From positions 8,256-72,255 of the forward strand of contig JBHHVZ010000002.1 in the NCBI GenBank assembly GCA_046756245.1: a stretch of DNA of 64,000 nt. The letters run 5' to 3'. The notes under the pieces were generated by a model. It made no database searches and was not told the DNA's origin. It saw only the letters and a program-made list of their open reading frames with translations. Positions 1-10,319 of this stretch are shown here, piece by piece; position 1 is the stretch's first letter; each line of letters opens with the position of its first letter. The position numbers and the translations under genes were made by a program. Source of the DNA: Parvularculaceae bacterium (GTDB lineage Bacteria; Pseudomonadota; Alphaproteobacteria; Caulobacterales; Parvularculaceae).

Positions 1-990
1 GGGCGCTTCGGAACCGCGCAAGACGCCGACGACGTTGGCGTCTTCGCTGCGCCGGACGCCGTTTGAAAGTTTCGCCGAAGCCGTCAGCCCGTCCATCGCG
101 ACCGCCTCAAAACCGGGCGCCTTCGCCGCGTCCTGAAGCGCGTCGAGATCGAGCCCTGCGGCGTCGAACAGCGCATGCGCGGCGTCATTGGACAGCCACC
201 CTTCCGCCTTGACGCGGCCGGCGCCGCCGTCAGCACGATCAAGATCGATTTGCGGACCAGACCAGCTCCCCTCGACAACGCCCCAGCCGTAAGCGGCGGG
301 CGCAGTGTCGTGAATAATAAGCGCGGCGGCTGCGCCCTGACGGGCGGCCTCTTCATATTTGTAGGTCCAGCGCCCGTAATAGGTCATGGCGTTGCCGTTG
401 AAAAGCTCCGGATTCTGGGTTGCAAAACCCGGATCGTTGACAAGCATCACGACGGTCTTGCCCTTGACGTCGACGCTTTCGTAATCGTTCCAGTCATATT
501 CCGGCGCCACAACGCCGTAACCGACGAACACCATGTCGCTCGCGTCAAACGAAACCTCTTCCTCGACCCTTTTCGTCCAGTAGACGATGTCTTTTTTGTA
601 TTCGAGATCGCGCGTATCGCCACCGCCCTCGACGCGAAAATAGGATGTATCCGGATCAAGCGTGGTTTCGACCAGCGGCACGCTCTGAAAATAACTGTCG
701 CCGATCGGCTCAAGACCCAGCTTCTTATACTCTTCGGCGATATAATTTCGCGCCTTTTCCCCGCCGGGCGTCGCCGGCGCGCGGCCTTCGAACTCATCCG
801 AAGCGAGGATCTCGATATGGCGGGCCAAATCGGCTCCGGTTATTTCCGGCGTTGACACCATTTCGGATTCCGTCTCGGCCTCCGCCTCAACCGCTGTGGT
901 TTCTTCCGGCGGCGGGACGGATTCTTCGCCGCCGCACCCGAAAAGCAGAAATACGGCCGACAGCGCCGTGGTCCATCGCAGTGAATTCAT
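1..990 (-). CDS. M28-family metallopeptidase with PA domain, probable lipoprotein. Partial: the C-terminus runs off the left window edge.
   Basis: My own reverse-strand translation from ATG 990-988 stays open to nt 1 ([21 protein letters not shown]...[27 protein letters not shown]...[13 protein letters not shown]...[16 protein letters not shown]...[12 protein letters not shown]). It is missing from the ORF track because there is no stop in the window. LLFGC is a lipobox. Confidence 0.75.
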   Translation of the reverse strand, partial: MNSLRWTTALSAVFLLFGCGGEESVPPPEETTAVEAEAETESEMVSTPEITGADLARHIEILASDEFEGRAPATPGGEKARNYIAEEYKKLGLEPIGDSYFQSVPLVETTLDPDTSYFRVEGGGDTRDLEYKKDIVYWTKRVEEEVSFDASDMVFVGYGVVAPEYDWNDYESVDVKGKTVVMLVNDPGFATQNPELFNGNAMTYYGRWTYKYEEAARQGAAAALIIHDTAPAAYGWGVVEGSWSGPQIDLDRADGGAGRVKAEGWLSNDAAHALFDAAGLDLDALQDAAKAPGFEAVAMDGLTASAKLSNGVRRSEDANVVGVLRGSEAP

Positions 991-1159
991 ACCGGGCCTC
1001 CCGAATTTGACGCTGAGGGTGTCGCATAGCAGACCCCGGCGCACAAGCGCCTGTTCCGACGCCGGCGGCCCGGGCTCGCCCTGGCGGAGAAATTGGACTA
1101 TGACCGGGTTGCGGCCAAGCGAACGGAAAGATTTGCGACAGGTCGCCGGGAGGAAACAG

Positions 1160-2752
1160 ATGAGCCTATCTGGGTCGCCGGTCGCCGGCGAAGAGGTTGT
1201 TTTTGACTCCGCCGCGCCGTGCAAATTGCGCGACCTGACGGCGGCAGCGCTGTATCAGCACGCAATCGCCCGAAATGAGGGCGAGATCGCACAGCACGGC
1301 CCGCTCGTCGTCAAGACCGGCGAACACACCGGGCGTTCGGCCAAGGACAAGTTCATCGTCCGCCACCCCGAGATCGAGTCGAAGATCTGGTGGGACGCCA
1401 ACAAGGCGATGTCGCCCGAGCATTTCGACCGGCTGCGAGCGGACATGTTGGCTTATGCGGCAGAAAAGGAATTATTCACGCAAAACCTCTGCGGCGGCGC
1501 GGACCCTGATTACCGCATCGGCGTGCGCGTTTTCACTGAATTCGCATGGCACGCTCTGTTCATTCAGCATCTGCTCATCCGACCGCCCATGTCGGAACGC
1601 GACGCCGAGCCGGATTTCACGATCGTCTGCCTGCCGAACTTTGAAGCCGACCCGGAGCGCCATGGTTGCCGGACGAAAACCGTGATCGCCATCGACTTCG
1701 TCCGTCGCCTCGCCCTCATTGGCGGGACGTCCTACGCTGGCGAAATGAAGAAATCGGTCTTCACGATTCTCAACTTCATTCTGCCAGAAGAGAGCGTGAT
1801 GCCGATGCACTGCTCGGTCAATGTGGGCCGCAGCAACGACCCTGCGATCTTTTTCGGTCTGTCGGGAACAGGTAAGACGACGCTGTCGGCGGACCCGGCG
1901 CGCACGCTTATCGGCGACGACGAACACGGCTGGTCGCCGAACGGGCTCTTTAACTTCGAGGGCGGGTGCTACGCCAAGATGATCCGCCTGTCGCCGGAAG
2001 CCGAACCGGAAATCTATTCGACGACCAAACGCTTCGGGACCGTCTTCGAAAATGTCGTGATGGACCCAGCGACCCGCGAACTCGATTTCGACGATCCTTC
2101 TCTGGCGGAAAATTCGCGCGGGGCCTATCCGATCGACTTCATTCCGAATGCGAGCCTCGAGGGACGCGCGGGACACCCGAAAAACATCGTCATGCTCACC
2201 TGCGACGCTTTCGGCGTAATGCCGCCGATCGCGCGCCTCACCCGCGCGCAGGCGATGTATTATTTTCTCTCCGGCTACACGGCCAAGGTGGCGGGAACCG
2301 AAAAAGGCCTCGGCGACGAACCAGAAGCGACATTCTCAACCTGTTTCGGCGCGCCGTTCATGCCGCGCCACCCAACCGAATACGGCGCGCTTCTCGGCGA
2401 CCTGATCGCCCGGCACGACGCCGCGTGCTGGCTCGTCAATACGGGCTGGAGCGGCGGCCCTTACGGTGTCGGCGAACGCATGCCGATCATGACGACGCGC
2501 GCGCTTCTAAGCGCCGCGCTTGACGGATCGCTGCTCAAGACGCCGATGAGCAAGGATCCTGTTTTCGGTTTCGATGTTCCCGACCACGCTCATGATGTCG
2601 ACAAGGCGATTCTCAGGCCACGGAACACCTGGGACGACCGGGAGGCTTACGACGCGCAGGCCGCAAAGCTCGCGGCGATGTTTGTCGAGAACTTCAGGCC
2701 CTTCGAATCGCATGTGGACGACGAAGTGCATGCGGCTGCGCCGAAAGCTTAA
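1160..2752 (+). CDS. pckA: Phosphoenolpyruvate carboxykinase (ATP)
   Basis: ORF 896..2752 is PckA-like throughout ([43 protein letters not shown]). Start trimmed to ATG 1160, which follows GGGAGGAAACAG. ATG 1100 is an alternative. Confidence 0.93.
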   Translation: MSLSGSPVAGEEVVFDSAAPCKLRDLTAAALYQHAIARNEGEIAQHGPLVVKTGEHTGRSAKDKFIVRHPEIESKIWWDANKAMSPEHFDRLRADMLAYAAEKELFTQNLCGGADPDYRIGVRVFTEFAWHALFIQHLLIRPPMSERDAEPDFTIVCLPNFEADPERHGCRTKTVIAIDFVRRLALIGGTSYAGEMKKSVFTILNFILPEESVMPMHCSVNVGRSNDPAIFFGLSGTGKTTLSADPARTLIGDDEHGWSPNGLFNFEGGCYAKMIRLSPEAEPEIYSTTKRFGTVFENVVMDPATRELDFDDPSLAENSRGAYPIDFIPNASLEGRAGHPKNIVMLTCDAFGVMPPIARLTRAQAMYYFLSGYTAKVAGTEKGLGDEPEATFSTCFGAPFMPRHPTEYGALLGDLIARHDAACWLVNTGWSGGPYGVGERMPIMTTRALLSAALDGSLLKTPMSKDPVFGFDVPDHAHDVDKAILRPRNTWDDREAYDAQAAKLAAMFVENFRPFESHVDDEVHAAAPKA

Positions 2753-2757
2753 AGAAC

Positions 2758-2780
2758 GCCGGGCGAGCAGCCGGCCCGGC
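2758..2780. terminator. GC hairpin between convergent pckA and grpE (GCCGGGC-N9-GCCCGGC)
   Basis: Perfect 7-bp inverted repeat in the 32-nt convergent spacer. No clear U-tract. Confidence 0.4.
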
Positions 2781-2784
2781 TGAT

Positions 2785-3423
2785 TCAGGCCTGCGTGTCG
2801 ACCTGCGCCCCCGGTTCGCCGGCATCGTTGTCGCTGTTTTCGCCGTCGCCGGTCGACACCGTAACCATGGCCGCCCGCAGCACCCGGTCGCCGATGGTGA
2901 AGCCAGGCTGCGCGACGTCGACCACATGGCCGGCCGGCGCGCCGCCGGGAACCTGCGCCACCGCCTGATGCAGGTGCGGGTCGAACTTTTCGCCCTTCGG
3001 ATAGAGCCGGCGCACGCCGTGGCGCTCGAAAATAGTCAAAAGCTCTTTTTCCGTCATCTTCAGGCCCGAGATCAGGCTCGAAATATTCTCGGCGGAGTGG
3101 CTTTCACGCTCTTCGAGCGCGGATTGCAGCGCGCGTTCGAAATTGTCGGCGACGCTCAAGAGGTCCCGCGCAAACTGCGCGATGGCGTAGCGGCCGGCGT
3201 CGGCTTTTTCGCGTTCGGCGCGCCGGCGCACATTCTCGATCTCGGCTGCGAGGCGCAAAACCCGGTCGTTGAGCGTCGCCGCCTCCTGGCGCAGCGATTC
3301 CGCCTCGTCCAAAGGAGACTCGTCAGCCGCCTCGTCGGCGGAAGCGCCCTCCTTCGATTCCGCGCCGTCGTCGTCGGCCGGTTCGCGCTGGCCTTCATTG
3401 GCCGGATAGTCACGTTCGCTCAT
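2785..3423 (-). CDS. grpE: Nucleotide exchange factor GrpE
   Basis: LRLAAEIENVRRRAEREK coiled coil, FDPHLHQAV, and the C-terminal beta domain. Start trimmed to ATG 3423 (MSERDY). Lies downstream of hrcA, the usual order. Confidence 0.92.
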   Translation of the reverse strand: MSERDYPANEGQREPADDDGAESKEGASADEAADESPLDEAESLRQEAATLNDRVLRLAAEIENVRRRAEREKADAGRYAIAQFARDLLSVADNFERALQSALEERESHSAENISSLISGLKMTEKELLTIFERHGVRRLYPKGEKFDPHLHQAVAQVPGGAPAGHVVDVAQPGFTIGDRVLRAAMVTVSTGDGENSDNDAGEPGAQVDTQA

Positions 3424-3480
3424 GGTTCTGATTTCGTTCCGTAAACCTTTTTCGGGCTCGCATGTACGCGCCAACGCGAT

Positions 3481-4506
3481 CTATTTCAACAGCCGCGAGA
3501 CCACTTCCGCCGTATAGTCGACGATCGGGATGACCCGGGCGTAATTGAGTCGCGTCGGGCCGATCACGCCCAGCACCCCAACGACCTGCGTGTTCTGGTC
3601 GCGATAGGGCGCAACGATCACCGACGAGCCGGACAGCGAAAAGAGCCGGTTTTCCGAACCGATGAAGATTCTGACTCCTTCGCCCTCCTTGGCGGCGCCC
3701 AGCAGATCGATGAGCTCCTGCTTGCGCTCGAGATCGTCAAACAGCATCCGCACGCGCTCGATGTCCTGCGCGGCGGCGGCGTCAAGCAGATGGCCGCGCC
3801 CGCGCACGATAAGCGAGGCCGTATCGCCGCCCGAAATATCAGCCACGCCTTCGCGTACGAGCCTGGCGGTGAGGGCGTCGACCTCGGCCCTGTTCGATTC
3901 AAGCTCGCGCAGAATATCGGCCCGGGCCTCGTTTAATGTGCGTCCGCGCAGGCGGGCGTTGAGATAGTTTCCCGCCGAAATGAGCGACGACGGCGGCAGT
4001 CCCTTCGGGGTTCGCATGACGCGGTTTTCCACCCGTCCGTCCTCGAACACCATGATGACAAGCGCCTGGCCGGGCCCGCTGGCGACGAATTCGATATGCC
4101 TGAGCGGCGCCTCGCTTTTCTGGGCGACCACAAGGCCGGCGCTTTGCGTCAGGCCCGAAAGCTTGACGGCGACGTCTTCCAACACCGTGCCGATATCGTT
4201 CGAGGCGCGGTCTTCGATTGCATGACGTTCGTCTTCCGACAGTTCGCCGACCTGCAGCAGGCTGTCGACGAACAGGCGAAGCCCGAGCTCCGTCGGCATC
4301 CGCCCCGAAGACACATGCGGCGCGTAAAGCAGGCCGAGATCGGTGAGATCGGCCATAACATTGCGCACCGAAGCCGGGGAAAGCCTGATTTTTCCCTCGT
4401 GGCTCAACGTGCGCGAGCCGACCGGTTCGCCGGTTTCGAGATAGGTTTCCACCAGCTGGCGAAAAATTTCGCGCGATCGCTGGTCGATTTCATCAAGAAC
4501 GGTCAT
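3481..4506 (-). CDS. hrcA: Heat-inducible transcription repressor HrcA
   Basis: N-terminal winged helix (LDEIDQRSREIFRQLVETYLETGEPVGSRTLS) and the full-length HrcA pattern. Start trimmed to ATG 4506. Confidence 0.92.
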   Translation of the reverse strand: MTVLDEIDQRSREIFRQLVETYLETGEPVGSRTLSHEGKIRLSPASVRNVMADLTDLGLLYAPHVSSGRMPTELGLRLFVDSLLQVGELSEDERHAIEDRASNDIGTVLEDVAVKLSGLTQSAGLVVAQKSEAPLRHIEFVASGPGQALVIMVFEDGRVENRVMRTPKGLPPSSLISAGNYLNARLRGRTLNEARADILRELESNRAEVDALTARLVREGVADISGGDTASLIVRGRGHLLDAAAAQDIERVRMLFDDLERKQELIDLLGAAKEGEGVRIFIGSENRLFSLSGSSVIVAPYRDQNTQVVGVLGVIGPTRLNYARVIPIVDYTAEVVSRLLK

Positions 4507-4648
4507 GGCGCTCGGGCCCTGTTTTCGGCCATTTGTTATGGAGAATCCTAATTTAGGCGCCTCGCTGCAATCGTCCAAGCCGCCGCGCTCGACAACACGC
4601 CGTCATGAAGGTTAGGAAGCCGGCGCCGCTTATACAGGAGAATCGCCC

Positions 4649-5365
4649 ATGCGCCCATCGGGTCGGGCCTTTAACGAACTCCGCGCCGTCAGCCTTGAGG
4701 CCGGCTGCGCGAAACACGCCGAAGGCTCCTGCCTCGTGAAATTCGGCGACACTCATGTCCTGTGCACAGCGAGCTGGGACGAAACCACGCCGCCATGGCT
4801 CAGGGGCGGCGGGCGCGGTTGGGTGACGGCGGAATACGGCATGCTGCCGCGCGCGACCGGCGAGCGCATGCGCCGCGAAGCGAAATCCGGCCAGTCCGGC
4901 CGCACCCAGGAAATCCAGCGCTTGATCGGGCGGAGTTTGCGCGCTGTCGTCGACATGAAAGCGCTCGGAGAACGCCAGATTCTCATTGACTGCGACGTCA
5001 TCCAGGCCGACGGCGGCACCCGAACCGCGGCGATCACCGGCGCCTGGGTTGCGCTCGATCAGTGCTGCCGCTGGGCGGTCGAGAACGGCGTTCTCAAAGA
5101 GAGCCCGGTGCGCGACAGCGTCGCCGCCATATCCTGCGGCCTTGTGAACGGCGCGCCGTGTCTCGATCTCGATTACGAAGAAGACTCGACCGCCCAGGCC
5201 GACGCCAATTTCGTCCTGACCGGTTCGGGCGGTCTGGTTGAAATTCAGGGAACGGCGGAAGGCGATCCGTTTTCGGAAGACCAGTTTCTGGCTTTGCTGT
5301 CGCTTGCAAAGGAAGGCTGTGAGAAACTCGCCGAGACCCAGCGCAATCCGACCAAAAAGGACTAG
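4649..5365 (+). CDS. rph: Ribonuclease PH
   Basis: [40 protein letters not shown]. Divergent from hrcA, as in many alphaproteobacteria. Confidence 0.93.
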   Translation: MRPSGRAFNELRAVSLEAGCAKHAEGSCLVKFGDTHVLCTASWDETTPPWLRGGGRGWVTAEYGMLPRATGERMRREAKSGQSGRTQEIQRLIGRSLRAVVDMKALGERQILIDCDVIQADGGTRTAAITGAWVALDQCCRWAVENGVLKESPVRDSVAAISCGLVNGAPCLDLDYEEDSTAQADANFVLTGSGGLVEIQGTAEGDPFSEDQFLALLSLAKEGCEKLAETQRNPTKKD

Positions 5366-5396
5366 AGAGCGCACGGTCGCGATAACGGAGAATGGC

Positions 5397-6047
5397 ATGG
5401 ACAAGCTTGCCGCCGGCGTCGTCCGCTTCAAAAACGAGGTCTTTCCGAAAAAACAGGCGTTGTTTAAATCGCTGGCGGAGCGTCAGTCCGCCGAAGCGCT
5501 GTTCATTACTTGTTCGGACAGCCGTATCGATCCCAATCTCCTGACCCAGACCGATCCCGGCGCGCTTTTCATCTGCCGCAACGCCGGCAATATCGTGCCG
5601 CCGCACACCGGTCATACGGGCGCCATGACCGCATCGATTGAATTCGCGGTCGGCGCGCTTCGAACGCCTGATATCGTCGTCTGCGGCCATACCGACTGCG
5701 GCGCGATGAAAGGCGCGATTGATCCCGACGGGCTGAAAAATCTTCCCCATGTGGCTGAATGGCTGAGCTATGCGCGCGCAGCGTTGCTCATAGTCGAGGA
5801 AAGAGGCGCCGGGTTTTCAGACAAAGACCGGCTCAACATGCTCATCCGGGAAAATGTCATCTTGCAGATGGCGCATTTGAGAACGCATCCCTTTGTGGCG
5901 GCGCGTCTTGCGGCCGGCAAGATTAGGATCCATGGCTGGGTCTACAATATCGAAACGGGCGATGTGGAAGCCTTCGACGAAAGCGCCCGGGCGTTCGTTC
6001 CCGTTGCGGAATATTACGGCGAGGAAATGGGCGGCGCGCCGGCCTGA
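5397..6047 (+). CDS. Beta-class carbonic anhydrase
   Basis: Zinc-ligand motifs CSDSRIDP and VVCGHTDCGAM. Start trimmed to ATG 5397 (MDKLAAGVVRFK), because the longer ORF overlaps the end of rph. Confidence 0.88.
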   Translation: MDKLAAGVVRFKNEVFPKKQALFKSLAERQSAEALFITCSDSRIDPNLLTQTDPGALFICRNAGNIVPPHTGHTGAMTASIEFAVGALRTPDIVVCGHTDCGAMKGAIDPDGLKNLPHVAEWLSYARAALLIVEERGAGFSDKDRLNMLIRENVILQMAHLRTHPFVAARLAAGKIRIHGWVYNIETGDVEAFDESARAFVPVAEYYGEEMGGAPA

Positions 6048-6186
6048 TTCCGCGGCCAGCACTCTCCAGAATATGAAGAATCGCCCGAAGAATTGAACGC
6101 GGCGCCGTCTTGGTTTTGTTAATCGACGCGCGGTAACGTTCGAGGCTCCGGCGGTTGCAGCGCAGCGCCGACGGCGGGAACAATGT

Positions 6187-7095
6187 ATGGAGCCGCAAAA
6201 GCCCGAAAGCCTGGTTGACGGATGGCCGGCGCGCCTGCCGGAAGACGCGGGCAAGAACAAGCATATCGTCGACATTCTGATCGAAGAACGCGCCGAGCAT
6301 CTTTTGCAATCGCCGCTTTGGCCAGTTTACAAGATATTTCTCTATCCCCTGCTTCGTTATGGCCCGGCGGTTCGAATGGCCGACACGGTCGCCCGCCTGT
6401 CTGCTCGCGAAGGGTTCGACTACATAAGCGATTTGCTGCGATTGAAAGTAAACGTCGAGGGCCGTGAAAACATCCCGGCGGAAGGGCGCGTGCTGATCGC
6501 CTCGACCCACCCGACCGGCATCGCCGACGGCGTTGCGATGTACGACGCGCTCAAGGAGCGCCGTCCTGACGTCATCTTTTTCGCCAATCGCGACGCGCTG
6601 CGCGCTGCGCCGCAGCTCAAGGAGCTTACTATCCCCGTCGAATGGGTCGAAGCCAAGCGAACGCCGGCGAAATCGCGCGAAACGCTGGCCGGCGTGATCG
6701 AAGCCTTCAGGGACGAGCGTTGCATCGTCCTTTTCCCTTCCGGCCGACTCGCATTCATGAATGACGAAAAGGTCCTCACCGAACAGGACTGGCAGCCCTC
6801 GGTTGCGATATTCGCGCGGAAATATGATGCGCCGCTCGTTCCCGCCCGAGTGCAAGCGCGAAATTCCTGGCTTTATTACTGGTTTTGGCGTTTAAACACC
6901 GAACTTCGCGACATAACGCTGTTCAACGAGCTGTTGAACAAGCAGGGAAAGCTCTACCGCATTCTATTTGGCGAAGTTATTCCCTCTACGGACCTTAAAG
7001 GCGATCCGGCGACTGTGACGAAAGCGCTCCAGATTTACGCCGAACACGGCCTCGCCGCCGGCCTGTCGTGGCGCAACCCGGAAATGCAGGACTGA
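6187..7095 (+). CDS. PlsC-family (lysophospholipid/glycerolipid) acyltransferase
   Basis: Acyltransferase block IASTHPTGIADG (H-x4-D type), FFANRD and VLFPSGR. Confidence 0.75.
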   Translation: MEPQKPESLVDGWPARLPEDAGKNKHIVDILIEERAEHLLQSPLWPVYKIFLYPLLRYGPAVRMADTVARLSAREGFDYISDLLRLKVNVEGRENIPAEGRVLIASTHPTGIADGVAMYDALKERRPDVIFFANRDALRAAPQLKELTIPVEWVEAKRTPAKSRETLAGVIEAFRDERCIVLFPSGRLAFMNDEKVLTEQDWQPSVAIFARKYDAPLVPARVQARNSWLYYWFWRLNTELRDITLFNELLNKQGKLYRILFGEVIPSTDLKGDPATVTKALQIYAEHGLAAGLSWRNPEMQD

Positions 7096-7150
7096 CCAGC
7101 GCGTAAAAGCGTTTTGCGCGCGAATTGAATCGTAGGTGTTGCAACAATCT

Positions 7151-7222
7151 CCGCTCACCCCGGCGAAAGCCGGGGCCCAGAGCCGAGTCAGACTGGGCCC
7201 CGGCTTTCGCCGGGATGAGCGG
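7151..7222. repeat. REP-like palindromic intergenic element, family 1 (CCGCTCAYYCCGGCGRAAGCCRG...CCGGCTTYCGCCGGGATGAGCGG)
   Basis: Arms of about 28 nt are reverse complements with one mismatch, around a 16-nt loop. The same element recurs at 14514..14585 and 19632..19717. Confidence 0.85.
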
Positions 7223-7291
7223 ATGGGTAGATCGTCACAGGACGCTGATCCAACATAATCGCAAAATGCTCTAACGTTTGGCCAAAATGCT

Positions 7292-8248
7292 CTACCGCCG
7301 GGCGTTATAGGTCAGCTCTAAAAACACGTCTTCGAGATCGGCCTCGACCGTCGAAAGGTCTTTTACGCGCACGCCTGCTGCGGAGAGGCGCTCGAGAATG
7401 TCCGCGACCTGCGCCATGCTCGGCTCGTATGGAATGGCGAGGCGGCCGTCGGGCTTCACCTCTGCAGTAAATGGATAGAGATCGGGCGCGCGTTCGATTT
7501 CTTCGAGCGGCGTCACCATCAGCGTTTTGCGGTCGAGCGAGGCGATCAACTTTTCCGTCGGTTCGCAGGCCACCACGTCGCCATGATGAATGATTGCGAT
7601 CTGCTCGCACAACTCCTGCGCTTCTTCCAGATAGTGCGTGGTTAGAACAATCGTCACGCCCGACTCATGCAAAGCGAGCACATGATCCCAAAGCTGCCTT
7701 CTGAGTTCGATGTCGACGCCCGCCGTCGGCTCGTCGAGAATGAGGATCGGCGGATTGTGCACCATCGCTTTGGCGACGAGCAGCCGTCGCTTCATGCCGC
7801 CCGAAAGCTGGCGCACATAGGCGTCGGCCTTGTCCGCAAGTCCGAGCGTGTCGAGGATTTCCATAGACCGGCGGTCTTTCGTCGATACGCCATAAAGGCC
7901 GGCCTGGATTTCGAGCGCTTCTTTCGGCGTGAAGAAGACGTCCATATTGATTTCCTGCGGCACGACGCCGAGCGATGCGCGCGCCTGCCGCGGGTGGCGG
8001 TCGATATCGAAACCCCAAACGGAAACCTCGCCCGCCGTCTTGTTCACGAGACCGGCGAGGATGTTGATGAACGTCGACTTGCCGGCGCCGTTGGGTCCGA
8101 GCAGCCCGAAGATCGACCCGCGCGGGACGAAGAGATCGATACCCTTGAGCGCTTCCTTCGGCGGCGACTTCTTTGACCCGGCATAAATCTTACGCACGCC
8201 GCGCGCGGCGATGGCGAACTCTTCACGGGAGGAGGCGTCGTAGTTCAT
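7292..8248 (-). CDS. ABC transporter ATP-binding protein (ABC-2/DrrA-like). No adjacent permease.
   Basis: Walker A GPNGAGKST, signature LSGGMKRRL, Walker B ILILDEPT. Confidence 0.9.
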   Translation of the reverse strand: MNYDASSREEFAIAARGVRKIYAGSKKSPPKEALKGIDLFVPRGSIFGLLGPNGAGKSTFINILAGLVNKTAGEVSVWGFDIDRHPRQARASLGVVPQEINMDVFFTPKEALEIQAGLYGVSTKDRRSMEILDTLGLADKADAYVRQLSGGMKRRLLVAKAMVHNPPILILDEPTAGVDIELRRQLWDHVLALHESGVTIVLTTHYLEEAQELCEQIAIIHHGDVVACEPTEKLIASLDRKTLMVTPLEEIERAPDLYPFTAEVKPDGRLAIPYEPSMAQVADILERLSAAGVRVKDLSTVEADLEDVFLELTYNARR

Positions 8249-8373
8249 CAGGGCTCGCGGAAACAGGAAAAGGCGGGTGCGGCGTCGAGGCGGGGCATAG
8301 CACGCCTTACGACCCTCGCGTCAATTGTTTCGGGGACTTGACCTTAACGACGGGGCCCGGCAGGTAATCAATT

Positions 8374-8589
8374 ATGCGCGAGACTGTAGAGACAGCCATG
8401 CCGGAAGAATCAGTCGCCGCGGGGCCGCCCGCCCCTGAAATCATCTATGTCAGCACGCGCAGGGTCGCCTGTGACGGCGGCGGCGCGCTCGGGCATCCAA
8501 AGGTCTGGTACGCGCTCGACGACGGCGAAGCCGAATGCGGCTATTGCGATCGTAAGTTTATCTATAATCCCGAAAAAGCCGCCGGTTAG
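8374..8589 (+). CDS. Small zinc-finger protein (zf-CHCC / NDUFS6-like)
   Basis: VACDGGGALGHPKVWYALDDGEAECGYCDRKFIY matches the C-x..H-x..C-x2-C pattern of the family. Confidence 0.8.
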   Translation: MRETVETAMPEESVAAGPPAPEIIYVSTRRVACDGGGALGHPKVWYALDDGEAECGYCDRKFIYNPEKAAG

Positions 8590-8614
8590 AACGTCAAGAA
8601 ATTAATCGGGATCG

Positions 8615-8760
8615 CTTCGTCCTTCGTGACGCAAAAATCCTTCATCCTGAGGAGGGCCCGCGCGCGAAGGCGCGCAATTCTTGAATCGACCGCCTTCGCG
8701 GTCGGGGCCTGTCTCGAAGGACATGAAGGATTTTTGCTCCTCAGGATGAAGCGATTCCAA
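8615..8760. repeat. Composite multi-hairpin palindromic region in a convergent intergenic spacer
   Basis: GCAAAAATCCTTCAT / ATGAAGGATTTTTGC and CTTCATCCTGAGGAG / CTCCTCAGGATGAAG are reverse complements. Inner hairpins are GCGCGC-GAAG-GCGCGC and CGACCGC-CTTC-GCGGTCG. Confidence 0.7.
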
Positions 8761-8789
8761 CTTTGCGCGTTTTTCTTTAATCGAGCGGC

Positions 8790-10319
8790 TCATGCCGCCT
8801 TGCCGCGCGCAAGCCGCCAGAGGTCGCGCGCCTTGGGCGGAGACGCCTGCAATATCGCCTGACGGAAAATGCGGCCCATGATGCGCATCAGGAAGATGGC
8901 GAAAGCGAGCATCAAGGCTGTCGCCCCGGCGACCTCCCATAAGGGCGGGTCGGAGGCGGCGCGCATCATCACCGCATAGGGCGTATAGATCGGAATCCAG
9001 GTCAGGATCGACGCCGCTAATCCGTTCGGGTTTTGAAAGATCAGCACCATGAACGGCATCGGCGCGAACACCAGGATCATCACCGGCCCCATATAGGACT
9101 GCGCATCCTGCAAAGAATTCGAAACCGCGCCGATCGCCAGAAAAATCATCGCGAAAATCGCATAGGCGCAGAAGAAATAGAACAGATAGACCGCCAGCAG
9201 ATTGGATGAAAAGAGCGCCGACAATGCGTGCGCGGCGATTTCATTGCCGCTCATCGCAGTGAACGAAGCAATAAGCCCGCCTGTCAGGAAAATCGCCGGC
9301 ATGGTGAGCCCCACTGCGCCGATGCCGATCAATTTGCCGAGCATAAGTTGATCGGCGGTGACCGACGACAGCAACACTTCGACGATCTTGTTAGACCGCT
9401 CTTCAATGGTGTTGGTGAGCAAGAGATTGCCGACGCCGAAAACGATGACGAGCAGCATGTAAGTGAGCGCAGCGGGCATGGCGGTTTCGATCTTGTCCTT
9501 CAGGCCAAGTTCGGCCTCGCCCGGCGCCTTGTCGGGCCGGAAGGCGCTCACCGGCGCGTCGATGTCGGCGATGTCGTCAAGCGCCGCTGCTGAGAGCCCG
9601 AAACGCGCCACCGCCTCGCGCTGAAGCGCAGCGTCGAGCGCGCGCGAAATCGCCGATTGCAGGGAGGGATCTGTGAGGTTGCGGCTCCAATATTCCGCTG
9701 AGGCGTTTTCCGCGCCGGTTCCGAAACCTTTTGGAATGAGAACCGCGGCGAACAGTTTCGCGCCTGTCTCTGACTCGCCGTCCGGAATGCGCCGTTCCTC
9801 GAGAAGATAGGGCCGCAAGCGCTCCACGGCTTCTTCGACCGACCCGGCGGCGGCGACGTCGCCCGGAAGCGGCAAGCGGAAAAAGGACCGCTTCGGCGGC
9901 GTGAAAGCGGGCGCGCCGGGTTTCAGGTGCGGCGCGACGGCGGCCTGCGCCGCGTCGAACCCGCCGGCGTCCTTGAATGCGTCGAGCCGTCCCACGGGCG
10001 GCGTCGACGGGGCGAACGGTTCGGGGATCCGGTCCTGTTCCAGCGCATCTGACTCGGCGGCGGCGTTCAGATAGGCGTCCCACGCCGAAAGCGCGTATAT
10101 CATGTGGCGGCGTTCGATCTCCCGGTCGATTTCGTCGGCATAGGCGCCGGTTTCGTCGAACACGACGAACGGGCGCGCCGGCCGGCTGTTTTCCAGAAGG
10201 CCTATCGCCGCCCCGCCGAAAATGACGCCGACAGGAAACATGATGAGAAACAGAAGAAAGCCGCGCGAGAGAATATATTGCTTGTATTCGCGCAGCGCGA
10301 TGAGGAACGTTTCCCTCAT
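8790..10319 (-). CDS. ABC-2 type transporter permease (NatB-like) with a large extracytoplasmic loop
   Basis: One N-terminal TM, a loop of about 250 aa and a C-terminal multi-TM bundle. The start overlaps the upstream ATPase stop by 4 nt. Confidence 0.85.
   Translation of the reverse strand: MRETFLIALREYKQYILSRGFLLFLIMFPVGVIFGGAAIGLLENSRPARPFVVFDETGAYADEIDREIERRHMIYALSAWDAYLNAAAESDALEQDRIPEPFAPSTPPVGRLDAFKDAGGFDAAQAAVAPHLKPGAPAFTPPKRSFFRLPLPGDVAAAGSVEEAVERLRPYLLEERRIPDGESETGAKLFAAVLIPKGFGTGAENASAEYWSRNLTDPSLQSAISRALDAALQREAVARFGLSAAALDDIADIDAPVSAFRPDKAPGEAELGLKDKIETAMPAALTYMLLVIVFGVGNLLLTNTIEERSNKIVEVLLSSVTADQLMLGKLIGIGAVGLTMPAIFLTGGLIASFTAMSGNEIAAHALSALFSSNLLAVYLFYFFCAYAIFAMIFLAIGAVSNSLQDAQSYMGPVMILVFAPMPFMVLIFQNPNGLAASILTWIPIYTPYAVMMRAASDPPLWEVAGATALMLAFAIFLMRIMGRIFRQAILQASPPKARDLWRLARGKAA

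Noticed and set aside
175-855. 226-aa plus-strand ORF at the window start (and 645..1010).
   Set aside because: It lies antisense to the open M28 peptidase frame that I translated from 990 down to 1. The peptidase frame has family motifs and a lipoprotein signal.
896-1159. The upstream 88 codons of the pckA track ORF (GTG 896).
   Set aside because: The extension is Arg/Ser/Pro-rich, overlaps the peptidase start region, and lacks a ribosome-binding site. ATG 1160 has GGGAGGAAACAG upstream.
4507-4648. Looked for a CIRCE operator (TTAGCACTC-N9-GAGTGCTAA) in the hrcA/rph spacer and upstream of dnaK.
   Set aside because: No match by eye. CIRCE normally sits at groES/groEL, which is not in this window.
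7264-7300. Direct repeat CAAAATGCTCTA(A/C)CG occurring twice, 22 nt apart.
   Set aside because: It is only about 13 nt. The second copy overlaps the ABC ATPase stop codon. I cannot distinguish it from chance without genome-wide counts.
8600-8612. The shared 10-mer AATTAATCGG at 8602 and 19606, next to palindromic repeats.
   Set aside because: It is too short to be significant on its own, and the flanks do not align.
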